Below are positions 47,613 through 57,054 of a stretch of 64,000 nucleotides of DNA, one piece after another. Source of the DNA: an uncultured Pelagibacteraceae bacterium (GTDB lineage: Bacteria; Pseudomonadota; Alphaproteobacteria; Pelagibacterales; Pelagibacteraceae); contig CACIML010000001.1 in the NCBI GenBank assembly GCA_902587735.1, forward strand, positions 1,014 to 65,013. Reading direction: 5' to 3'. Every line of letters starts with the position of its first letter. The stretch's first letter is position 1. A program made the position numbers and the translations under genes. The notes under the pieces are model-generated. The model had not been told where the DNA came from and made no database searches. It saw only the letters and a program-made list of their open reading frames with translations.

Positions 47613-48376
47613 TGTAAAAAAATTAAACCTTCTAAATTGTTTTTAAATAATAAGTAAAAAATTGTTGCTAGGATAATATATGGTCCAAATGGAATTTGTG
47701 AACTCATTTTTTTATTTTTTTTAATCAAATCAGGAATAACAAAAACTAACGCAAAAATTGAAGACAAAAATATAACAAAAGGTATGGAAATCCATCCAAA
47801 CCAAAAACCTATTACAGCTAGTAATTTTGCATCTCCTAACCCCATTCCTTCTTTTTTTCTAATTTGTCTATAAAAAAATATAATACTAAAAATAACTCCA
47901 TAGCCAAAAAGTCCGCCTATTAAAGAATTTATATAGTTTGGAAAAATAGAATTTAAATTTGGATCAAATGACTTAATGAAACCTAATATCATCATTGAAA
48001 AAGTTAAAGAATTTGGAATTATAAAATATTTTAGATCAATGAAGAAAATTATTAAAAAAGATAAACCTAAAACCATTAAAAATATAGTTGTTAGTGAAAT
48101 GCCAAATAAAAAATAAATTATTAAAAATGATAAAATATTTATCATCTCAACTATTGGGTATTGTAAAGAAATTTTGCTTTTACAATTTCTGCACTTTCCA
48201 CTAAGAATTAAAAAAGAAATTATTGGAATATTGTCATACCAAATAATTTTTTTTTTACATTTTGGACAATATGATCTGCCTGAAACTATTCCTTTGTCTT
48301 TAGGCAATCTGTGAATACAAACATTAGCGAAACTACCCCAAAGACCACCCAAGATAGCAACAAATATTAAATTCAC
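47609..48376 (-). CDS. pilD: Prepilin peptidase/N-methyltransferase
   Basis: GSFANV.I.RLP, RSYCPKC, NIP, GKCRNC, IDL, GMGLGDAKL, IPFGPY. Confidence 0.95.
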   Translation of the reverse strand: MNLIFVAILGGLWGSFANVCIHRLPKDKGIVSGRSYCPKCKKKIIWYDNIPIISFLILSGKCRNCKSKISLQYPIVEMINILSFLIIYFLFGISLTTIFLMVLGLSFLIIFFIDLKYFIIPNSLTFSMMILGFIKSFDPNLNSIFPNYINSLIGGLFGYGVIFSIIFFYRQIRKKEGMGLGDAKLLAVIGFWFGWISIPFVIFLSSIFALVFVIPDLIKKNKKMSSQIPFGPYIILATIFYLLFKNNLEGLIFLQ

Positions 48377-48385
48377 TAATATATA

Positions 48386-48499
48386 TTAAAGTTTTATACT
48401 CGATGTAATTTCAATAAAACCATCGATAAAATATTGAACTATCATGATTGCATCATGAAGATGAATGTATAAATTTGGTGTATTAATGATGATTTCCAT
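48386..48499 (-). CDS. Possible 37-aa small protein upstream of pilD
   Basis: Manual translation MEIIINTPNLYIHLHDAIMIVQYFIDGFIEITSSIKL; ends 9 nt before pilD start. Confidence 0.35.
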   Translation of the reverse strand: MEIIINTPNLYIHLHDAIMIVQYFIDGFIEITSSIKL

Positions 48500-48544
48500 T
48501 GTTGTAAAATTTATCAAAAATTGTTTAAAATACTAGTTAAATAA

Positions 48545-49837
48545 ATGATTTTTTTTAAACCGAACAAACCTCAAAAAGACCCAAAAGAAGAAGATTTAAA
48601 AATTAATGTAGATTTAGAAATAATTACAAAAATGAATCAAGAGTTTGCATTATCTCTTGACCTAAATGAAACATTAAAAACTGCCCTTCAAGTAATAATT
48701 GCCAGAATTAACGCGCAAGCTGCTAATATATTTTTAATTAATGAAAAAAAGAAAAAGTTTGAATGTATTGCTTCGCTTCATCAAGATTATTTAGATGAAT
48801 ACGAGCTTGATTTAAAAGATGGTGTAATGGGGAGAGCAGTTGAGTCGAAAAAATGTATAAGAGTTGGTAATGTAAGAAAAGATGTTAGAGAAATAGCAGA
48901 ATTTTATTTTGATTTAGATAATAAAACAAATTTTACAACATATTCAGTTTTATGCTCTCCGCTAATTGCAGCAAACAAGTGTATTGGAGTAATTCATTGT
49001 TTAAACAAAAAAACTAACGATAAATTATTTATAGAAGATGATCGAAAATTATTAGAAACTCTTTCAGCCCCTGCAGCTCTTGCAATTAGAAATGCTAAAA
49101 TGGCCCAGGAAATGATAGAGAAAAACAAAATCCAAAAAGAAGTTGAAATAGTTGGAGAAATACAAAAATCATTGTTGTCACAAAATAAAAAAGATTCTTT
49201 TCCAATTGCAGGCATCAATATTCCTGCAAAAATAGTATCTGGAGATTTTTATAATTTTTCTGATCTAGGAAATGGTAAATATGGTTTTGGAGTTGCAGAT
49301 GTATCAGGCAAAGGAATTAAATCTTCACTTTTAATGTCTAAAGCATCAAGTCTTTATAGATGCCTTAGCAAAACTATGTTTTCAGCATCTGAACTTTTAA
49401 TTTTATTAAATAATGAAATTTGTGAAACTATATCTAGAGGCATGTTTGTAACAATGTTAATTGGAATTTATGATAGTAATAAAAAAGAATTATTGTTATC
49501 AAGCGCAGGTCATGAACCACCTTTGATTTTAAATAAAGATGGAACTTTTGAAAATTTTAATGAGGCTGGCCCTCCTTTGGGTGTCATGCCTAAAACAAAA
49601 TATACTGAAGCGACTATTCCTTTTAAAGAAAGCTCAATGTATATTTTTACAGATGGTATAACTGAAATAAAAAACCCTAGTGGTGAAATGCTAGGTTCAG
49701 AAGGTTTCCAAGATTATATTAAAAAATATCAATCCACACCAAACAATGAAAGACTAAAAAAGATAATCGATGATATCATCAAATCTGGTAAAATTCAGAA
49801 GGATGATTTAACTATTGTAGTCGTGGACGGGAAATAA
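48545..49837 (+). CDS. GAF-PP2C/SpoIIE phosphatase (RsbU/RsbP-like)
   Basis: GAF (SVLCSPL..CIGVIHCLNK...F...D..LL); SGDFY, DVSGKG, AGH, TDG, DDLT. Confidence 0.92.
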   Translation: MIFFKPNKPQKDPKEEDLKINVDLEIITKMNQEFALSLDLNETLKTALQVIIARINAQAANIFLINEKKKKFECIASLHQDYLDEYELDLKDGVMGRAVESKKCIRVGNVRKDVREIAEFYFDLDNKTNFTTYSVLCSPLIAANKCIGVIHCLNKKTNDKLFIEDDRKLLETLSAPAALAIRNAKMAQEMIEKNKIQKEVEIVGEIQKSLLSQNKKDSFPIAGINIPAKIVSGDFYNFSDLGNGKYGFGVADVSGKGIKSSLLMSKASSLYRCLSKTMFSASELLILLNNEICETISRGMFVTMLIGIYDSNKKELLLSSAGHEPPLILNKDGTFENFNEAGPPLGVMPKTKYTEATIPFKESSMYIFTDGITEIKNPSGEMLGSEGFQDYIKKYQSTPNNERLKKIIDDIIKSGKIQKDDLTIVVVDGK

Positions 49838-52375
49838 CTAAATTATACTTTTTTTAAATACGCTTTTAAAGATAGACACAATAAAAGAAGATATTCCGTA
49901 AGCAAACAATGCTAAAATTGTAACAAACAATAATAATAAAAATTTATTAACTCCATCTTCAGTAGTTGCTTTTAGCAATTTATCTTTTATTTCCTTATTT
50001 TCTTTTTCTAAAATTTTATTTTTAAAAATTTCTTTTTCTAATTTTAATTTTTCATTTTCTTTAAGTAATTCAACAATTAACTGTTTGCTAGCTTTATTTT
50101 CTTTAAGTGTTTTAGTGTTTAGTAATTTTAATTTTTCATTTTCAGCTTTTAATTTTGCGTTTTGGCTCTTTAATTGCTCATTTAATATTTTAAGTTCACC
50201 AAACTCAATTAAATCTTTGTCGAGTATAGCTTTTGAAATCTTCATATCTTTATCAGCTTTTTTTTCTAATATTTGGCTTTGTAAGTTTCCAAAAGATTTA
50301 GTAAGAGAAATAGATGCAATTTGATTAATTAAACCATCTTCATTTCCGTACATTAAGTCTAAATCTAAATTAGTACCTTTAACTTCTTTTGATAAATTAA
50401 CACCTGCATAATAACCCGACCAGCTTTCTTTATCAGAATTTGTTACATTTTTATTTTCATTATCTGCAACAATTTTTATTTGATCATTCAGGTTTCTATT
50501 TAAAGTTAAACCATAATAAGGTTTGATAACAAAATTTCCAGGAAGGCTTTCTAAATATGATACCTCGAATCCTCCACTTAATAGCTGTTCAATAGACTCA
50601 TCAACGCTCAAGTCGCCATCTGTAAATTTTGATATATAATCAGGAAATCTTTGAATGCCAAAAGTACCTTCAACGCTTATATTTAAAGATCTATCTTTGC
50701 CTGTCATAATTTTATTTTTTATTTTTCCGTTAATTGCAGCAAATTCACTTAAAAAATCGGTTGATATTTTTTGACCTCCATCACTTTCGTGATCAGTAAC
50801 ATCCAAATTATTAACTCCTATCATGGGAGTAAAAGAAGCTTTAAATCCTTTTTTTTCATATGTATTTTTCAATCCTAAAACATAATTATCTCCACCCAAA
50901 TATTCACCATTATTGAAATCTCCTTCTTGTTTAGAGTAACCAACAAAAATATTGCTGACGATTGGAAAACCCTTCCAATCAATTGGACTTAACATGCCTA
51001 CAAAGCCAGAGGATATTCCATCATATACTCCATCTCTTTTTTGATAACTATGAAATAGTTTAAAAAATCTTTTATTACAGATTTCATTAAGTTTAGAATC
51101 AATTTTTTCTGGATCAATTGTTGTACAATAATCTGGTAATTTCCCTCCTACATAGTTTGAAGCAGAAAATAAACCTCTTAATTTAGTCAAAGTATTCTCA
51201 GCCCTATACTTTTGATTATTGTTTGTTGATTCAAGAGCTTGATTAAACAAAATTGTTAAAATTCCATCTGTGCCAGCATTATATTTTTCAATTGTACAAG
51301 AGTCGGATTGTCCAACAAAAGTTCTGCTAGTGCAATCTCTCGTGTCAAAAGAATTACCTACCAAGTTATCACTACCATCACCGAAGGTTAAAGTTTCCGA
51401 GGATATTGAATAAGTGTGATTACCTTCATTGGTAATTGTTAAATAATCTCCACTTTCCTCCACGTAATCCCAAATATTTATAGTAAGATTTTTTTTTAAA
51501 TTTTTTTTTAAAACAATGTTAACCTTGGTTCCATTCAAGTCCAATCCCTTGCTAAAAGTTGGTTGACCATCCAAATTTATAGTTGTTGTTTCATCTTTTC
51601 CTGAACAGTGATTATAATTAGTTGTGCTGGTACATTTTTCCACAACAATATCCATTCCAGCGTAAGTATTAGATTGTTCAGGTCCTCCGCTTATAGTTCC
51701 TGAGGTAGTTATTATATTTGCATATGCATTGTTAACACGAATTGCTGGTAATGCTTTATTGCCTAAAACCTCAATAGTTCCAGTATTAACTAATGTAAAA
51801 CTTCCCGTAAAACTGCTGTCGCCCTCTATTGCAACTGAAGCAAGATGTCTACCAGTGTGACCGTTACCTACATCTACATTAGTTGTTTTAATTGTTCCTG
51901 AATTCTCTATATAGATATCTCCCGCTACAGCATTAGCATAATTATGAATGGCTCCATGTCCATTTGCATGGATCGTTCCTTCGTTATAAATACTAACATC
52001 TCCATCGCTTCCTGCTAGATTAATTGTTCCACTCTTCTGCGAGTACATTGATGCACCACTTCTATTATAAATAGTTATGTTTGATGAATTACGAATATCG
52101 ATTGGAGTATTTCCTCTGCCAGTTGCTGTTCCAGGGTTTGTTATAGTCCCATAATTATCTATGGTTACATTGTCTTCGTCATTTGCGTCTATAGGTTGAT
52201 AATTTGTAGTATGTGATACGGTTACTCCCGAATTTACAATTAAAGAATCATTGTCTGCACAAGTATAAACTGTACTTGAACTGTCCGAAGCTACAGTTCC
52301 ATCGCAATCAGCGGCCCAGACTGAAGTACTATAAAAAAACAGAAATCCTATTATCAGTAATACTTTTTTTTTCAC
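49838..52375 (-). CDS. Autotransporter-like protein with C-terminal coiled coil and TM tail (copy A)
   Basis: Signal peptide; I.N.GTI beta-helix repeats; amphipathic barrel strands; Lys/Glu heptads then hydrophobic helix. Confidence 0.7.
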   Translation of the reverse strand: MKKKVLLIIGFLFFYSTSVWAADCDGTVASDSSSTVYTCADNDSLIVNSGVTVSHTTNYQPIDANDEDNVTIDNYGTITNPGTATGRGNTPIDIRNSSNITIYNRSGASMYSQKSGTINLAGSDGDVSIYNEGTIHANGHGAIHNYANAVAGDIYIENSGTIKTTNVDVGNGHTGRHLASVAIEGDSSFTGSFTLVNTGTIEVLGNKALPAIRVNNAYANIITTSGTISGGPEQSNTYAGMDIVVEKCTSTTNYNHCSGKDETTTINLDGQPTFSKGLDLNGTKVNIVLKKNLKKNLTINIWDYVEESGDYLTITNEGNHTYSISSETLTFGDGSDNLVGNSFDTRDCTSRTFVGQSDSCTIEKYNAGTDGILTILFNQALESTNNNQKYRAENTLTKLRGLFSASNYVGGKLPDYCTTIDPEKIDSKLNEICNKRFFKLFHSYQKRDGVYDGISSGFVGMLSPIDWKGFPIVSNIFVGYSKQEGDFNNGEYLGGDNYVLGLKNTYEKKGFKASFTPMIGVNNLDVTDHESDGGQKISTDFLSEFAAINGKIKNKIMTGKDRSLNISVEGTFGIQRFPDYISKFTDGDLSVDESIEQLLSGGFEVSYLESLPGNFVIKPYYGLTLNRNLNDQIKIVADNENKNVTNSDKESWSGYYAGVNLSKEVKGTNLDLDLMYGNEDGLINQIASISLTKSFGNLQSQILEKKADKDMKISKAILDKDLIEFGELKILNEQLKSQNAKLKAENEKLKLLNTKTLKENKASKQLIVELLKENEKLKLEKEIFKNKILEKENKEIKDKLLKATTEDGVNKFLLLLFVTILALFAYGISSFIVSIFKSVFKKSII

Positions 52376-52435
52376 ATGATAAATATCACATTGTAAAAGA
52401 AATTAAGCAATGACCAGTTTTGATAGGTTTTAAAG
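52367..52435 (-). repeat. 69-bp duplicated promoter/start region (copy 1)
   Basis: Matches 55143-55211 with 2 mismatches; TTGCTT-N17-GATATT. Confidence 0.85.
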
Positions 52436-52445
52436 GTTTAAAATT

Positions 52446-55151
52446 CTAGTTCGCTAATTTAAATACAATTTTTTTATAAGTCGAAGCAATAAAAATTAAA
52501 AATCCGTATAATGCAAAAGCCATAACAAGTAAAAATCCTATTAAAACAGCTTTATTAATTTCGGTATAATCAATTTCAAATATTTTATTTTTAAAACTTC
52601 TTGTTTCATTTTCTATAATCTTATTTTTAAAAATTTTATTTGTTAACGTTAGTCTTTCTACTTCTTTAATCAGTTCTTTAATCAAATGCTTACTAACTAG
52701 GTTTTCTTGAATAGTTTTTTTAATAATTACATTTAATTTTTCTTCCTTATTATCATTTTGAGCAGTTAAATTTTTATCAATCTTTTCTAAATCAAGTTTT
52801 TTTCTTATATCTCTTACATCGAGCTTTGGAATTTGGTTTTTTGGCTTATCTCTAAAGTATTTAACCAATGAAACTGAGGCAACTTCATTTATCAATCCGT
52901 CTTCATTACTGTAGGATAATTCAAAATCAAAATTTAAGTCTTTATCTAAATTTTTTGTTATTGATAGTCCTGCAAAATAACCTGTGGCTGAAGAAGATGC
53001 AGGAGATACATTTTTATTTTCTCCGTCTGCAGTAATCTTTATAGAATTGTTAAGATTATTATTTATATTAATTCCTGCATAAGGCTGAACAATAAAACCT
53101 TCGGCAACTTCGTCTATATATTTGACTTCAAAACCTAGGCTCAGCACTTGTTCAATAGCTTCATCAACAGATAAATCACCATCGCCAAATTTTGCAAGGT
53201 AATCCGGAAATCTTTGTAGGCCAAGGGTTGATTGAATGCTTAAATTTAAGGAACCTTCTTCGCTTAACTCAATATCTTTTCCAAGCTTAGTATTAATGCC
53301 AGCAAATTCACTGAATAAATTAGTGCTAATTGAAGTTTTGGTATCTGTATCGTAATCGGTAACTGTTAAATCATTCACTCCAACCATGGGAGTAAAGCTA
53401 GCTTTAAATCCATTATTTTCATAAACACTTTTTAAGCCCAGTGCAAAATTATCTCCCCCTAAGAACTCGCCATTATCAAAATCTCCATTTTGTTGTGTAT
53501 AGCCTACAAAAAAATTATTTCTAATATCTCCTAAAATAAAAGGACTCAGTTGGCCAACCACACCTGACATTGTTCCTTTATAAGTTCCTTCCCTTTTTTG
53601 TTCGCTATGAAATATTTTAAACATTTTATCTTCTGGAGCATGCCAATTGATATAATTTGCGGCATCAAACAAGCCTCTAAGTTTAGTTAAAACATTTTCG
53701 CTTCGATATTTTGGATTGTTTTGTGCTATCTCAAGATCTTCTCCGTATATCCTTATATAACCGTTGGTTTCTGAATTATCAGCATCTGCATTTAAAGATG
53801 CATCAAGTATTTCATAAGTATCATTTCCACAAAGATTGTTTGTAACAGTCATGCTAGTTTTGTTGTGAATTTCAATATCTAAATCTTTTGTTAAGGTACA
53901 AGATAAAGTTACTGTAGTTGCTGTGCTGTTCATTTCAATTTCTCCTGTAAATGTAGCTTCCTCATCTACGACAATATTTGTTCCTGTTGTAGCTTCAGAA
54001 ATTATTATAGAATTGTCTGTAGCTGAAATTGTTCCTTTATTTGTTATGGTTGCATTGTTATGTGTTCTGCTATCATCTGCCGTTTCTGTTCCAATTGCTA
54101 TAGCGTCTCCAGCAGTTGCAGTAATCGTTCCCGAATTAATTACAGTAGCTCCCGAACCATTATCAACAGATCCGCTTGTGTATGCATTTCGCAAATCTAA
54201 TGTTGCATCGGCCGCGGTAAGTGTTCCTGAATTAGTGAAAGTTAAATCAATATGATTACTGGCTTCAAGAGCGCCTTCGTCATCAGCGGTTATAGTTCCA
54301 GTGTTTGTTACAACAGCATTGCTATTTTTGCTTAAATTTATTGCGCCATCTTCAGCGGTCTCTATGGTTCCAGAATTTGTGATAGTAGCTACTCCACTTG
54401 CATCTAGAAAAGATATGGTATCTCCCACACCATCTGTTGTATTTTTAATTGTGCCAGAATTTGTAAGAGTTGTATCAGCGCATTCTGATTCTATAGCATA
54501 TAGGTTTACAACTTGTATTGTGCCTGCATTATCAATAACACAATCACTCCCAGTAGCGTGAAATCCCCACTTCCAACCTTTAATTTCTCCCCCGCTGTAA
54601 TTATAAAGTTTAGGACCTTGGTTTGCATCAGTTCCTCCCGCAATTGTTATAACTAATTGTTTTTCTACACCAGTTTCACCCCCATAAATTTTTCCGTAAT
54701 TATGTATTACTATACCATCAGTCGCTTCTTGCGATTTAATGGTATTTGCATAAGTTGTATAAATTTTTCCTGTAGATTCATTGGTAAGAGTAAAGTTATT
54801 TGCATCACGGAGATAGATAACAGAAACTTGACCAAATATTGTTCCACTATTTATCATAGTACTATTGTCTGAGCTACGAAAACTTACTGGATAATTACCA
54901 TTACCAGAAATAGTTCCAGCATTATTTATAGTTAAATTATCTTTAAAGGGATATCCGTCGATGGCAGTAGTAGTAGTCCCTGCGGTACCTCCAACTTCAA
55001 TAGTTCCGCTAGAAGTAATTGTTAATTCGTCATTAGCAGAACATGTAAGCTTTGAGGTAGTTGAAGTAGAAATTGTAGTGTTACAATCTCCAGCCCAAGC
55101 AGAACTGCTGTACAAAAATAAACAAAGAATTATAAATAATCCTTTTTTCAC
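52446..55151 (-). CDS. Autotransporter-like protein with C-terminal coiled coil and TM tail (copy B)
   Basis: Many NSGTI repeats; barrel region paralogous to copy A (KYR.EN.LTKLRGLF, QRFPDY..KF.DGDLSVDE). Confidence 0.7.
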   Translation of the reverse strand: MKKGLFIILCLFLYSSSAWAGDCNTTISTSTTSKLTCSANDELTITSSGTIEVGGTAGTTTTAIDGYPFKDNLTINNAGTISGNGNYPVSFRSSDNSTMINSGTIFGQVSVIYLRDANNFTLTNESTGKIYTTYANTIKSQEATDGIVIHNYGKIYGGETGVEKQLVITIAGGTDANQGPKLYNYSGGEIKGWKWGFHATGSDCVIDNAGTIQVVNLYAIESECADTTLTNSGTIKNTTDGVGDTISFLDASGVATITNSGTIETAEDGAINLSKNSNAVVTNTGTITADDEGALEASNHIDLTFTNSGTLTAADATLDLRNAYTSGSVDNGSGATVINSGTITATAGDAIAIGTETADDSRTHNNATITNKGTISATDNSIIISEATTGTNIVVDEEATFTGEIEMNSTATTVTLSCTLTKDLDIEIHNKTSMTVTNNLCGNDTYEILDASLNADADNSETNGYIRIYGEDLEIAQNNPKYRSENVLTKLRGLFDAANYINWHAPEDKMFKIFHSEQKREGTYKGTMSGVVGQLSPFILGDIRNNFFVGYTQQNGDFDNGEFLGGDNFALGLKSVYENNGFKASFTPMVGVNDLTVTDYDTDTKTSISTNLFSEFAGINTKLGKDIELSEEGSLNLSIQSTLGLQRFPDYLAKFGDGDLSVDEAIEQVLSLGFEVKYIDEVAEGFIVQPYAGININNNLNNSIKITADGENKNVSPASSSATGYFAGLSITKNLDKDLNFDFELSYSNEDGLINEVASVSLVKYFRDKPKNQIPKLDVRDIRKKLDLEKIDKNLTAQNDNKEEKLNVIIKKTIQENLVSKHLIKELIKEVERLTLTNKIFKNKIIENETRSFKNKIFEIDYTEINKAVLIGFLLVMAFALYGFLIFIASTYKKIVFKLAN

Positions 55152-55211
55152 ATGATAAATATCACATTGTAAAAGAAATTAAGCAATAACAAGTTTTGAT
55201 AGGTTTTAAAG
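55143..55211 (-). repeat. 69-bp duplicated promoter/start region (copy 2)
   Basis: Matches 52367-52435. Confidence 0.85.
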
Positions 55212-55212
55212 C

Positions 55213-57036
55213 TTAAAAAATGGCTTTAAATGCTAAATCTAAACTATAGGTTTCTTGATCTTCTGTTGTTTTTTTAGCTGAAGTATTAAAAAAAAAATTT
55301 GTATTATTCGAAAAAGAGTAACTAGTATTTAAACTAAATTTTGCAGAAAAGTCTTCTTTGGTCCCCCCATCAAAATTTTTTTTATTTCCATTAAAAGTAT
55401 ATTTTTGGTTCTTTCCATCAATAACAGTTCTATACCCTAATGTTAATTCAGGATTAAATTTAAATTTATTTTTTGGTAAAGTATTCCAACCATAAGTCAC
55501 ATCTCCTATAACTTGACTTAAAATACGACTTTGCCATTTTACATGACTAGATTCTTCATGATTAAAAAAACCTTCAATGTTTGTATCTAATTTGTACTTT
55601 ATATATTCATTGTTGTTAAGTTTATTTGAAAACTGAGTTCCAATAATTGATGAAAATGATTTGTGATCTTGTTTAATATATTGTTCGCCTCCAGCAACAG
55701 TATTATTCAGACGAGTACGATCACCTGTGTAATTATGATAACCAAAAATTATCTTGAAATTCTCATGAAATAAACCAGCTTGATATGTTTCGTCCTTAAC
55801 ATTTTGATTAAACATATCAATATTATTTGTTAAAAGATTAAAAACTAAATGGCCTTTAATTTTATCGTTTTCGCTTGGAAAACCAAAAGCAAAACCACTA
55901 GCATTGCTGGCAAAATTATTTATGGATTTTCCTTTTTCTCTTTTTGTATAAAATTTTAATGGTAAGCCAAAACTTTCATCATTTTCTATCTTATCTTTTG
56001 CAAAATCATAAACATCGTTAATTAAATCTGTTCTTAACACTCCTATTTCATCTGCGACTGACTGGAACAATGGTGACACTGACTGAGCAAAGCCTCCACT
56101 ATAAACTAACTCGCCACACCCAGAAGTATTGTTTACGGTCCATGTTCCTATTACTTTAAAATAATAAGAAGAGCAAAGATCTAAATTAAGTGTACTGCCT
56201 GTAGCACTGTTGAAGTCAGCATCAATTATACCTACTAAAACAGTGCCATCGAATAAATTCACTGTGTTATTATCGTTTTGTAATTGTATAGATGCTTTAG
56301 TACTATAGCTCGTGTTATTAACGATGATTTTTCCATAGTTGTTTAGAGTAGAATTTTTTCCCATTTCTATTGAATCCCATTCCGCCTTAACTGTTCCCCA
56401 GTTATTTATTGTGGCGCGATTACTAGCTTGTGCATCGGCTGTTTTTGTTGCTATTGCTCCAGAACCATTTGCAGAAATTAACCCCCCAGCATAATTATTT
56501 ATTATGCTGTCATTATCTTCATAAATCATTATTGCATGAGGACTGCTATCGGCAATTATATCTCCATAGTTATCAATTTTAGTTTTATCTGATGCATGAG
56601 ATCTTATAGTCCATTGATCGGAAGATTTAATTGTTCCTTCATTGTAAATATAAGGACCAATACCATCGCCATCATTATCTTTGTCATTGGTAGGAGTAAA
56701 AATGGCTGAATTACCAGGAGTGTAAATTGTTCCATAGTTATATATTTTTATATCATAAGCCCCATCACTGCCGGTTCCAGTTATTGTTTGGTTTGTACTA
56801 GACTCTCCATCATCCTCCTTACTTTCTAAAGTACCTCTATTTATAATTGTAATGTCGCCGGACTTAACTCTTAAACCTTTTTGATGATTAAGAAAGTAAA
56901 GAGTAACATCTTTATTAATAGTAAGATCTTCTGTTACATTTTTGCTGCTAGTTCTTGTTGTAGATGAAGAAATAGTTTCAGCACTTAGTTTCATTGAAAC
57001 TATAAAAAAAACTATAAAAAAAAAAATTTTTTTCAT
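55213..57036 (-). CDS. Autotransporter (beta-helix passenger, barrel ending in Phe)
   Basis: Signal peptide, NYGTI repeats, C-terminus YSLDLAFKAIF. Confidence 0.75.
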   Translation of the reverse strand: MKKIFFFIVFFIVSMKLSAETISSSTTRTSSKNVTEDLTINKDVTLYFLNHQKGLRVKSGDITIINRGTLESKEDDGESSTNQTITGTGSDGAYDIKIYNYGTIYTPGNSAIFTPTNDKDNDGDGIGPYIYNEGTIKSSDQWTIRSHASDKTKIDNYGDIIADSSPHAIMIYEDNDSIINNYAGGLISANGSGAIATKTADAQASNRATINNWGTVKAEWDSIEMGKNSTLNNYGKIIVNNTSYSTKASIQLQNDNNTVNLFDGTVLVGIIDADFNSATGSTLNLDLCSSYYFKVIGTWTVNNTSGCGELVYSGGFAQSVSPLFQSVADEIGVLRTDLINDVYDFAKDKIENDESFGLPLKFYTKREKGKSINNFASNASGFAFGFPSENDKIKGHLVFNLLTNNIDMFNQNVKDETYQAGLFHENFKIIFGYHNYTGDRTRLNNTVAGGEQYIKQDHKSFSSIIGTQFSNKLNNNEYIKYKLDTNIEGFFNHEESSHVKWQSRILSQVIGDVTYGWNTLPKNKFKFNPELTLGYRTVIDGKNQKYTFNGNKKNFDGGTKEDFSAKFSLNTSYSFSNNTNFFFNTSAKKTTEDQETYSLDLAFKAIF

Positions 57037-57054
57037 AAAAAATATATTAAAAAA

